This document shows positions 51,786 to 62,959 of a DNA stretch of 64,000 nucleotides, in pieces. Origin of the DNA: Mobula birostris (Eukaryota); contig NC_092389.1 of the NCBI RefSeq assembly GCF_030028105.1, forward strand, positions 29,823,308-29,887,307, written 5' to 3'. The notes below the pieces were generated by a model. The model worked only from the letters and a program-made list of their open reading frames with translations, did not search any database and was not told the origin of the DNA. Made by a program: the position numbers and the translations under genes. Position 1 is the first letter of the stretch. Each line of letters starts with the position of its first letter.

Positions 51786-52836
51786 GAGTAATTTGCTGCT
51801 TCATCAATTTAATAATTGAAAACCCAGAGGAGGAACTGAGAGAGAAAAGTTAATTGTAAAATGCTGCTAAGTTTTATTTTTTTTAAATGATCATGTCATA
51901 GATTTTCATATGGTAACACTGAATGAAAGAGTTGGGGGGTGGGTCGTGCTCTTAAATGTATAAGCTGAAACTGTTACTTTGTATTTTTAATAAATTGCAA
52001 TTTTGTTTAAAATGTTCACCTTTGTTCTTTTGTGTGTTTTTTCTGTAAAAGATCCTTGGGGCTTTGGCGTAGGCCTTTTCGAAGGTCACACTTTTGGCTG
52101 TTTAATCGGTGCTGATGTTAACTGATAACAGAATGCTGCATTCCATTGGCAGCTCTTCAGACGATGAAGTTCATGCCCATCGGTGGCAGGGTCCTAGACA
52201 ACATTCAGCCATGAATGGGTGGCAGGTAACCTTCATCCCACAGCAAGTGGCAGGCTTTTAGTGGCACTACTTTGGCCAGATTCCCTCCTGTCACCATTCT
52301 TGGGGCATCATCATAAACCAGAAACCTAATAAGATCAGCCATATAAATAATGGGATCCTGCTGCAAGAGTTTTGTATCCTGATTCCTCCAAGCCTTTTCC
52401 ACTGTTGATGAGGCATGGCGGGAGAGTGGTGGAATTCACTCCACAGGCATGAGTTCAACTGCAACAACTTCGAGAACGTTTCAGAATAAAAGCAGGCATC
52501 CCATCCACTGCGGTTTAGACTAGGTGAATAGTTGCAGCAATTTTATTGGAGTGTGTCCTTGTGAGGGAGTATAGTAGATCTAAATCCTCCTCCACAACTT
52601 GAGCTGGGCTGGCACTTCAGATGTAGTGTATAGGCAGCACTGCATTGTTGCACATTGGTATTGAAGCATCATTTGACTAACGATAGCTTTAAGAAACCTG
52701 AGGAAAATTAAAACCAAATGTAATCCAGATTAACTCCACTGACTGACAGCTAGCACAGAAGACAGTTTGGGAGTCTTTGCACATCACTCGTGCAGAAGTT
52801 CCTTTGGGTGGTTGCCAAATCTACTGCCCCTCCAAG

Positions 52837-53172
52837 TGGGTGGCATAGTAGTGTGGAGGTTAGCATAGCATTATTACAAAGCCAGCAATCAGAAGATGGG
52901 GGTTTAACCAATTTCCCCTGGGATCAATAAAGTATGACTATGACTAAATCCTGCCGTTGTCTGTAAGGAATTTGTACATTCTTCCTGTGATTGTGTGGGT
53001 TTCCTCCCATGTTCCAAAAAGGTGAATGGGTTAGGGTTCGTAAATTGTGGGCAGGCTATGCTGGTGCTGAAAATGGGGAGCCACTTGTGGGCTGCTCCCA
53101 AGCATATCACAAATAATGCATTTTAATGTATGTGCCAATGTTTGTGTGACAAATGAAGCTAATCTAATCTTT
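52837..53172 (+). mobile_element. V-SINE with a ~43-bp Rex1 3' tail inserted (52905-52947)
   Basis: tRNA-like head, V-domain; insert matches the tail at 24068-24108. Confidence 0.65.
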
Positions 53173-53239
53173 AAGTCTCAAACTCCTTTAATTGTTTTAT
53201 AAGTTGTCCATAATAAAACCTGAAGTGTAATTATTCTTT

Positions 53240-53565
53240 TGACTGCCCAGCTCCATTTGCAATTTTTCATATGATGTAGCATCTGGACAATGTCAAGCAT
53301 GGAACAAGCAAGTATTCAAGATCACTTGCAGAGAAGAAATAAACTGCAACACATGGGATACCACCATCTGCAGGTTTCCCTCTTGAGGTGCACACCACCT
53401 TGCCTTGGAAATTTATCACCGTTCCCTTATCATCACAGGTCTAATTCCTGAAACTCTCAACAGCATTGCTGAAACACCATCAGCAGAAGGACTGCATGGT
53501 TCAGGAAGTGTGCTCACCACCACCTTCTAAAGGGCTATTTAGGATGAACAGTAAATTCTGGTGTC
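53240..53565 (+). mobile_element. Old CR1/L2-group LINE 3' end (further remnant at ~52240-52480)
   Basis: ggttcaggaag...gctcaccaccaccttct...agggc tail; FSGTTL..PVTILG RT remnant upstream. Confidence 0.5.
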
Positions 53566-54011
53566 ATTTATGTGCATTGGAGAAAGTGACTGTGTTCCTG
53601 ACTGCTTGACCATCCACATATTCGGGCAATATCATAGACTACTCCAGCAAGAGTAAAAAACTGTTCCAATGATATCCCATCCACTATCTTTAGCATTTCC
53701 CCTAGCTTAGTCACAGTTTGTGTAGGGTCAACAGCAGTCCCACGCTGAATAGAATTTATCTCCCTTTAAGAGAAGTTATAAAAGAATACTATGGATGTTC
53801 TGTTCCCCTCTTAGCTTTCCCAGGCACCAATCTGTAGAAGGAGGCCATTCTGCTCATCAAGCCTATGCTGGCTCTCACAATAGCAAGCCTATTAGTCCTA
53901 TTCTCCTATATCCATTTAGCTTATTATCTTTCACAGAAGCCTTAAGTCCCACACCACCAAGTTAAAGATCAGCCGCTTCCCTTCAACTTCCCAGCCACAA
54001 CCCTAATCATT

Positions 54012-55122
54012 ACAAATAATCTCTTCTCAGGCTGCCAGCCAGTACAGGCATTGATTTTAACCAACGTTTTGATGACAGACTCTGCCACCTTCATCAGGGA
54101 TGATGTCTGGGTATGTTTAGTCCGGTGGTATTTATACCCACATTGCCCAGCCCTCCTGATTGGTTAGTCCTCATCCAATCAGGTTTCCGCACTCTCACCT
54201 TGTTTACAATCAAGTTTCAGTTCTTTCTAAGAGTGAGACCTCCTTTGTTAAAATTCTGTCCGTCTAATTTTATTTCAATGGCTTTCTTCACCAGGCAGTC
54301 CCAAAAGCCATTAGCGTGGCACAGTAGTTTAGTGCCACCGAAGTCAATTCTATGGTCATTGCAAATGCAATGTTCTACTACCACCAATTTCTCTGGGTAA
54401 CCCAAATTGAATACACCTCCTATGCGCCTTTGATGTGGGTTTCCACTGTGTGTCCCATCTGGTTGGTATACGCTGCTCCACATTCACAGGGAATCCTGTA
54501 TGCTAGCTGTCCTGAGTCCTAGGTCATCTTTGACCCATATAAGCTGTGACTTGAGCTTCCTTATGAGTTTGTGGATGGTATTAATCTCGTATTTCTTCAT
54601 GGTCCTGGCGATCCTTACAGAGACCGTGGAAATATAAGAAAGACAGGTGGTAGCGATGGGTTCCTTCTCATTATGTTTCCTGGCTTTTAAGAGCCTGATT
54701 GATTCCTTCACATTGTAGCCATTCTGTAGGAACATCATGTGTAGTCATCTTATTTCCTCATGGAGACTCTCCGGGTCCGAAATAGTTACACACGGTTAAT
54801 CAAAGTAGAAAGAACTGCTCTATGTTGGGAAGCCTAGAGAAAAAGAGTTTCATCAAAGATGAAGGTCTAGCTCTAATAACTGGAATTCAGTTGTAAACAA
54901 GGTGGGAGAGGGAAACCTGATTGGATGAGGACTAATTAGGAAGGATGGACAAGGGGGGTGGGGGTGTAAATACCACCAGACTATACATGGCTAGGCATCA
55001 CCTCTGATGAAGATGGCAGAGTTTGTCATTGAAACATTGGTTAAAATTGATACCTGTACCCAGCTGGAAACGCAAGAAGGATTTATTTGTCATATGCCTG
55101 GAAAGTACTAGATCCTTTTTCA
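54012..55122 (-). mobile_element. Second PLE family, GIY-YIG fragment with inverted pLTRs
   Basis: LSYISTVS..HKL..KDD and EHC..HRIDF..KAIEIKL..FN motifs; inverted ends; 10-bp TSD cctaatcatt (54002-54011 / 55123-55132). Confidence 0.85.
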
Positions 55123-55639
55123 CCTAATCATTTAGCAACACGGTAAACACTGCACTAAAGTAAACTTTGTTTTTATTTGTTCTAATTGTATTCTTTCTTT
55201 TAAAAATTGTGTGTAATTTTATGTTTTTTTCTTGCGGGATAATGGTATGTGCCTGAGATGCTTCTGCAAATATGTGGACATGACAACAAACACGACTTTG
55301 GGCTGCTTTTATTCAAAGTCTGGTGTGGTATCCAGGCACCCTGGTAAGAATGTCTTAAATGTGAAATTTAAGGGAAAACACGTCAGGCTGTGGTCACACT
55401 TCCTTATGCAGAGGAAGCTGGTTGTAGTTGACAAATGACAAACACTGCAAGAGTTTCTCAGGGTAGTGTCCTGGTCCCAACTATCTCCAGAAACACACGA
55501 GATTCTGCAGATGTTGATAATCTTGAGCAACACACACAAATGCCGATCCCCGTTTCAGGCTGTTTATTTCACTCTATCGATGCTACCTGACCTGCTGAGT
55601 TCCTCTAACACTTCGTGTGCGTTGTCTAACTATTTCCAG

Positions 55640-56640
55640 TTGCTTTCGCAAGATCACCGCTGCAAATACGGTCTCGTCCAATGAAATTATCAAAGCAAAA
55701 CTCCGTCGTCTTATTCACGTTTCCTCACGGGAAACATTACATTAGCGCAGCCACTATCTTACGACATCCTAAATTTTCAGGGGTTTTTGCTTTACAAGAC
55801 AAGAGTATTCCAAAAGACTAATAAGTACGAGGAGATCGGATTTTGTAAGCAACCGACGATCGGTCCCATCAATGACAAACTCACTCGCGAAGGCAGCTCA
55901 GCCCAAGTGGGGGGTTCATAGGCCCGCTATTTCGCTGCCCCCCGATGCCAGGTCGGGAAGGTGCGTTTTCACCGCGTAACCTCCACCCTAAGCAATTTCC
56001 GCTCTCTCAGGAAGTGGGTGCCGCAGAGGCGAGGCAAGGGTTGACGTTGGTTGGAGCTTGTGCTGGGGCGGCCTCGGGGGCAACGGCAAGCCGCCCGGTT
56101 TCCGCTTCAGCCGAGATGGAGAATATTTCTTTCAGGGCAAGTATCCTGTAGCAAGTTTCTGTCTTTTTATTTTTTTTGCATTTACCGAAATTTCTTCCTT
56201 TGCCGGGTTTTAAAGAAGAATGCGAAAGGTTATTAACCCGCGTGCACGGGGACTTTATGGGGGCATGGTGTCTCCTTCTCCTCGGCATGGAAACCAGGCA
56301 ATCAGCAGGCCTTTCTTTGGACTATCAGTCGCCCATGGCACCAGTCCTACAGTATTGTCGATTGCTTCCGATGCCGGCACTCACTCACACATTTGAGGCA
56401 ACTTCCAGCGGCTAATTAACCAACCAGCCCACGTTTCCCTGAGTTGTACCGACGCGGAGAGAGTGCGGATGCTGGAAGCGTGGAGCAACGCACAGAAAGC
56501 CGGGGGAACCGAGCGGGTCGGGCGGCAAGTGAGGTGGGAAATGGACAGTCAATGTTCCGGGTTGAGACCCTTTGTGAGAGAAACCCCCACGCGCGTCTGA
56601 AGTCAGGATTGAATCCTGCTCTCTGTTGCCGTGAGGCTGC
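55640..56640 (+). promoter_or_regulatory. CpG-rich region, probable TIRAP promoter and first exon; ETS AGGAAGTG (~56008)
   Basis: Only CpG-rich unique stretch between the FOXRED1 end and the TIRAP TIR exon. Confidence 0.6.
56116..56136 (+). CDS. TIRAP: Proposed TIRAP coding exon A (MENISFR) with GC donor
   Basis: gagATGg Kozak; AGG|GCAAGT donor; chain A+B+TIR exon is open for 217 codons. Confidence 0.4.
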
Positions 56641-57037
56641 AGCTCTACTCGCTGTGCCACTTTTGCTGTTTTGATGGAGACAGGCCTTTGATTTGCCAGG
56701 AATAGATCACTATTTGACACTTATTTGAAAACGTTCGCAAATGCTTCACACATTTCTTTAACACTGCCATCACTGAGGAGGGAGGTGTTCTTGGAGTCTT
56801 TATACTGAACTACTAAACTGCCAATGTTTGGGATAGATATGATGTAAAGTTTTCCCTGTTGTTCTGTCAGTGTTAGTGAAGATGTTCCATTTCTATGCTA
56901 TTCTTCTGCATCGTCTTAGTGTTTTAACGGTTTTGCAGCGTAAACCTCTCGTCATTGGAAATTAATCTGTTTACGGGAGTGCTGATGTAAGTTATCAATT
57001 TGCAGAACTTCATTAACTGTCTCATCCTGCTTTGCAG

Positions 57038-57083
57038 GAGAACTCACCAATCTTCTGTATTCGGACAAGAGGATCTTCCGCTA
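57038..57083 (+). CDS. TIRAP: Proposed TIRAP coding exon B (ENSPIFCIRTRGSSA)
   Basis: Pyrimidine tract + tttgcag| acceptor, |gtaagc donor; 46 nt, phase 0 to 1, fits the phase-1 acceptor at 61113. Confidence 0.45.
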
Positions 57084-57594
57084 GTAAGCAAAAGTGAAAG
57101 CCGGGGAACAAATTGCCTCTATTGACCTTTACATTTTGGTTGTGTGTAATAGGGTTACGCTCAATAACATATGGCTCGTAAGTATATTTTGTTGAAATAT
57201 CTCAAATTTGCGTTTATTGTCTTATGCACAAGTACAGAGTGGCGTAATGAAAAGAATAATTCCAACAGCATCACAGGCTCATAGCATCTTATAAGCAGCA
57301 TTCGCAAGAAAAACATTAAGAGCAAGTTGTGCACATATAAATTATAAATATGTAGATCTAATGAAGCCATTTGTACTCAAGCAGAGGGAGGACAAGAGAC
57401 TGGTTCTGAACTGTCCTAGCACAAGGGAAAGTTGGTTATTTGTCAGTCTTTGTGTGTAGTTCTTCATAGATTCTATTATATTTCTCTATTCCACTATGAA
57501 TGTCTTCAAGAAAATGAATCTCAAGGTGACATATACATATTTTGATAATAAATTCACTTTGAACCCTTCCAAAATAATGTCATCTCAGAGTACC

Positions 57595-58050
57595 TTTCTC
57601 ATAAGAATTGGAGCAAAATTACTCTGTCATTTCATTGTGGCTGATTTATTATACCTCTCATCTCCATTCTACTGCCTTCTCTCCTAACCTTTGACACCCT
57701 GACTAATCAATAACCAATAACTCTGCTTTAAATATACCCAATGATTCGGCCTCCAAGACTGTCTGTGGCAATTGATTCCATAAATTCACCACCCTCTGGC
57801 TAAAGAAATTCCTCCTCATCTCTGTTCCTTCATCATATTATGATCACTGACTCCTAAGGATTCCTTTATCTTAAGATCCCTAATCAAATCTGGTGCATTA
57901 CACAACACCCAATCCAGAACTGTTTTCTTTAGTGGGGCTCAACCACAAGTTGCTCTAAAAAGCCATTTCATAGTCATTCTACAAATTTCCTATCTTGGAT
58001 CCAACACCAATCTGATTTTCCCAATCTATTTGCATATTGAAATCTCCCGT
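57595..58050 (-). mobile_element. CR1 fragments (3'UTR plus endonuclease piece)
   Basis: Homologous to CR1 tails at 27686 and 5630. Confidence 0.7.
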
Positions 58051-59066
58051 GACTTTCTCATTCCATTTAGGATGTCTTATTGTACTTCATAGCCATCAAT
58101 GGACTCTTGGTACATTGCCAGTATTAAACTGAATTGCAACTGCCAAGTTAATGCAGTAAAGTCTTCAAAACAGCAAGGTAATAATGGCCAGATTGTGGTT
58201 GTATAATAAATATTAGTCATAACATAAGGGAGGTGCCCCTGCCTGTGTTTGAACAGAATCCTCTAGGTCTACTTGAGGGAGCAGTGGAGATCTGAAGTTA
58301 ACAATCCATCCAAAAGACAGCAGTCCTTTGGGAGTTAAACTGGGGCATCAGCCTGGATTCTGGTGTTTAAATGCTATTCTCCCATACCTGTCTTTTAAGG
58401 CCACACGTCCAGTTCTCTGATCATTTTAACTCTACCAAATTACACCTCAGAATCAGAATCGTTTATAATCACTGACATATGTTATGAAACTTCTTTTGTG
58501 ACAGTACAGTGCAATGCCTATAATTTTAAAAAGTGCAAAAGAGGAAGAAACGAAAGATGGCAGAGAGGAAGAATTGTCGTTCTACTTTTTAATTGGATTC
58601 TAGCAACTTCCTGAAGCTCGTCCAGCAGTAGAAACTTACTACACATGTAGTAAGGGGTGCCACAGTAGCATAGTGCTTAGTGCGACACTATTACAGCTCG
58701 GGGTGTTGTAGTTTGGAATTCAGTTCCAACGTCATCCTCCCTGTGGAATGTGTGGGTTTTCTCTGGGTCCCCTGGTTTCCTGCCACAGTGTAAAGACTTA
58801 CCAGTTAGTAGGTCATTGTAAATTGTTGAGGCTCGGGTTAAATCAGTGAGTTGCTGGGCAGTGCTTCTCAAAGGGCCTGAAGGACCTGTTCCCCACTGTA
58901 TCCCAATAAATAAATAAATTACAGTTAATCATGTGGTCTCCACATGTTAGAACCACCACCCATCATTTGCTTTGCAGCTAGCTGTTTTTAATCATTTTAT
59001 TTACCAAGTTTTAAAGGTAGCAATCTCAGTTACACATTATACTGGCTTGTAATTTACAGGAAATAC

Positions 59067-59574
59067 GGATCTAGTGCTTTTCCAACCTGTATGAAGAATA
59101 AGCTCTTCTCGGGCTTCCGGCCAGGCACAAATATCAATTATAATCGACGTTTCGATGACCAACTCTGTCATCTTCATCAAGAATGATGCCTGGGCATGTC
59201 TAGTCCTGTGGTATTCATACCCAAATTGTCCATCCCTCCTGATTGGTTAGTCCTCATCCAATCAGGATTGACCATAGGTTTGACTTCGACAGCACAAAAC
59301 TGCTGTGCTGCACTAGTGGCTTTTGGGACCGCCTGGTGAAGGAAGCCATTGAAATAAAACTAGAGGTAAAGAACTTTAACAAGGATTAAGGTCTTGTTTT
59401 AAGCAAGGACTGGAATTCGATTGTAAACAGTGGGGACAGACTGTAGTGGTATAAATACCACTGGGTTAGACATGCTCAGGCGGCATCCCTGATGAAGATG
59501 GCAGAGCTTGTCATCGTAACGCCGGTTATAATTGATAACGGTACCTGGCTGGAAGCCCAATAAGAGTTTATTTG
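59067..59574. mobile_element. Second PLE family, short element with inverted pLTRs
   Basis: ~125-bp inverted repeat; KEAIEIKL remnant; 13-bp TSD ttacaggaaatac (59054-59066 / 59575-59587). Confidence 0.85.
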
Positions 59575-61112
59575 TTACAGGAAATACCTTTCAAGCAGAG
59601 AAGAAATTGCAGCCCAAACCCATTGCTCCTAACTATCTCACTCACCAGAACCTGTAATTGATTCTTGCAGAACAATGTAGAACTGTACACTCTAGATTGT
59701 TGAAACTTTGTGTCTTTTGAGCAGCAGTGTATTCTGCCAACGTCTAGACTAGGGGTAATGAACCTATTGGAGAGTGTGTGCCCAAATTGTTATTAATCTA
59801 AAAAAATTACTTGTGTCATGGTAATTTCAAGATAAATTTATCATTGATTAATGAATTAGTAAAAATGATTTTTGATTTTTTAAGGATAAAGGATGAGTCC
59901 TTTTGCTTATTTATGTTATCATTGTTTCACTTTTACAGTATGAGAAAGATTGAAATAAATGAAGCATTTTAGAACACCTGTTCAAAATATATTAATTTTA
60001 GTTATGTATTGTGGCAAGCATTTGGTCCATAATGACAGAAGAGGAAGCTCTTTAACTCAACAACAATTTTATTGTGATAACGGTCCAGTCACCATGACCT
60101 GGAGAGTGAAGCCCACCCATCTCACACAGACGGGGAAGGTGACCATCACACACCCCGGTTACAGATAGGGTGACCCACAAATACACAAGCGAATAACTGT
60201 ATAACCCAAGCTAAAATGCAACAAGAAACGAACTGGAACTTCTCACCATAATCCCACAAAAGCATTTTAACACAGGAACAATAAACAGTACTGGTCATTA
60301 GAAATGCAGGGGCAGGCTGTTGACCGCGCCCCTGCCCAGAACGTCACAGTATTAAAGAATTGAAAAATAACAATTTCTAAATAGTTTTGTTATCGTACCT
60401 CATAAATCACATAGTAAATGTGAAGGTGAAATTTTAAGCTTTGGTGTATATTCATAAAAGACCAAGGAAATAGAAATAAACACACTCTCAGTGAGGTAAT
60501 CATTATGGGTGGGGTTTAAAGAATTGATGGACAGTATTGCATTCCAGAGGCCAGCAAAAGTTTTGTGTATGTCATATTGGATACATGTGCCAGGGGTTCC
60601 AGCTGTATCGTATTCCTTCATGGTTGCAAAATGAGAATTGGATTTGGCTGTGAAATTTTTATTTGTGAATGGTCAAAATATACAGTACAGAAAAAGGCCA
60701 TTCGCCCCACTGTCCATGCTCTATCAAGCACTCATTCCATTGTATTCTCTCATTCGCATTGAGTCCCTCCCCAGATTCTGCCACTAGGGCTAATTTACAG
60801 CAGCCGATTAATAAACCAACCCACGCATCGTTGGGATGTGGGAGGGAAACTGGCACATTTGGTAGGGCAGGGAGGTGAAGTGGGAAGGTCGGGGGAGCCC
60901 ACATGGTCACATGGAGAATGTGCAAGCTCCATACTAGAGGTCAGGATTGAATCCCGGGGCTGCCCGTGTCTGTCAACTCTTGTAGTCGAGGTCTTGGCAG
61001 GAATGGAGGGGTCCTGATTGAGAGCTGGGGTCCTTTAGGGGAAGGAGGAAATAAGATAAGGAATGTAGAAAATCACTGACAAAGTTTCTTATTTCATTTA
61101 AAAAACACACAG

Positions 61113-61697
61113 GGTTTTTTAGGTGGTTTGGAGACTTAAAGAGGAATAAGAACCGAAATCCAAGTCCCAACGTCACTCCTCAGCCAAGCGACAGAGCAAA
61201 AAGTTCTTGTAAGAACTCAAGGTCCAACTGCAGCAGTTCACAGCCCATTGTTGATCCCACCGCATCCCAGAGGTTTGACAGTAAAGCTCGTTGGAGTAAA
61301 CAGTACGATGTGTGTATTTGCCATGCTGAGGATGATGTAGCCTATGTGCAAGACTTGGTGTCTTTTCTGGAACTGCATCTGCAAGGTCTGCGCTGCTTCC
61401 TGCAGCTCAGGGACTTGGCCCTAGGGGGTGCCATCTGTACTGAGCTCTGCCAGGCTGTCAGAGAAAGCCATTGCTGGGTCCTCATCATTACACCAAGCTT
61501 TCTCAAGGACCCCTGGTGTTGGTACCAGATGCAGCAGGCATTGTCTGAATCTCCCAATGCCAATGGGCGGGTCATTCCAGTCCGGAAGCACCTGGAGCGG
61601 AAGGATTATCCGCAGGAGCTGCGCTTCATGTTTGGTATTGACGTCAGTCTGGGCAAAGAGAACGGATTCCAGAAGATCAGGCATGCTATATTATGTT
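61113..61697 (+). CDS. TIRAP: TIRAP/Mal main exon: basic PIP2-binding-like motif, linker and TIR domain
   Basis: FFRWFGDLKRNK...RWSKQYDVCICHAEDD...LRCFLQLRD..GGAI..ELCQA..SHC..ITP.FL.DPWC.YQM..YPQELRFM matches human TIRAP; donor T|GTAAGT at 61698; acceptor at 61113 (alternative 61123). Confidence 0.95.
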
Positions 61698-62959
61698 GTA
61701 AGTACATTATGTTGAAAGACATGAGAACTGCATTTAAAAGGCATGCACTTTCTGAAGGCTTGGTTGGGATGGATTGCCAGTACTTTGAAATGGGCATTGA
61801 AAAGGCTGAATGGCAGGAGTGTGAGGAGAGATGGGAGGTGGGTTATTGGACAATTCTATTGAAGAACTGCCTGAAGTGCAAACCGTGTCCTTCTGTACTG
61901 TCGAGCTTGCCTTCTAAGTGGATTATACGGGCGAGCTGAGTATGCTTGTGGCCCCCTCTGGGGGAGATTATGTAGTTTTAGCTGTGGTGCTCAATGTCCT
62001 TTTTTCGATTCCCCCTGCATGAACCCAACCTTCCTTCCAGCAGCTCACCCACATGGGATTTCTGTCGTGTTGGTGGTGCCTGGGAATCTGGGCATCTAAG
62101 GCATCACGGCCAAACTTTCTCCTGTCCTGGCCCAGTCTCCAAACTTGTTTCTTTCCTGCTAAAACTCAGCAGGCAGGAGTAAGGGACCTATTTGTAAAGT
62201 TTAACTCGTGCCAGGTTAGATCTGATTTGCATCAGACAGGTATTGTCCCGGGGATAATTACACTCTCTTGGCATGACACCTGCACTCTACCATGGGGAGC
62301 GACACTGTTGCATAGCAGCAAGTGCATTGCATTGCATTGCAGCGCCAGCGACCACCGAGCAGGGTCCAATTCCCATCGCTGTCTGCAAAGAGTTTGTGAC
62401 TACAAGGGTTTTCTCGGGGTGCTCCGGTCTCCTCCCACATTTGAAAGATGTATGGGTTAGAGTTCAGGTTAGTGAGTTGTGAGCATGCTATGTTGGCGGC
62501 AGAAGCATGGCACAACACTTGTGGGCTGCCCAGAATAATCGTTGCTGATTTTGATTTGGCGCAAATGATGCAATTCACTGTATGTTTTGGTGCTAATCTT
62601 TAAAACAAATCTCTTTTTCTCTATCTTTGGTTTACTGGGGAGTGGCTTTTTTCCTATACTTGTACGGTGAACATTTGCAACTTGTGAGCTGCATTGAGTA
62701 GCAACAGGAAATAGAAACTCTCAACAATACGCAGTTACTTCACGTGGATACTGTCTGTGTTTTTACAGCATGGAAACAGGCCATTTGGCCCACCATGTCC
62801 ATGATCACCATCTTAATCCCATCTTCTTGCACTTGGCCCTCAGCCTTCAATATCCATGTGATTAGGAGCTCTTCTTAAATGCTTCTATCACTCTCTCAGG
62901 CAGTGTGTTCCAGGTACTCACTTCTCTCTGGCTGAAAAAGATCCTTTTCAACTCGTCTC

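Noticed and set aside
52837-52900. tRNA genes
   Set aside because: Only decayed tRNA-derived SINE heads; no complete cloverleaf seen
990-56580. Recurrent 'acacaaaatgctggaggaactcagcagg' motif as a CRISPR-like repeat
   Set aside because: Dispersed, in both orientations and irregularly spaced; it is the PLE pLTR end
59581-59653. Possible extra TIRAP exon (NTFQAEKKLQPK..), frame-compatible with the alternative acceptor at 61123
   Set aside because: Weak donor CCT|GTAATT, acceptor lies within a PLE TSD, and no recognisable homology; needs RNA evidence
61310-61939. ORF-track 209-aa protein as a stand-alone TIR gene
   Set aside because: It starts at an internal GTG (Val); the frame is open upstream to the acceptor near 61113 and contains a canonical donor at 61698, so it is a TIRAP exon
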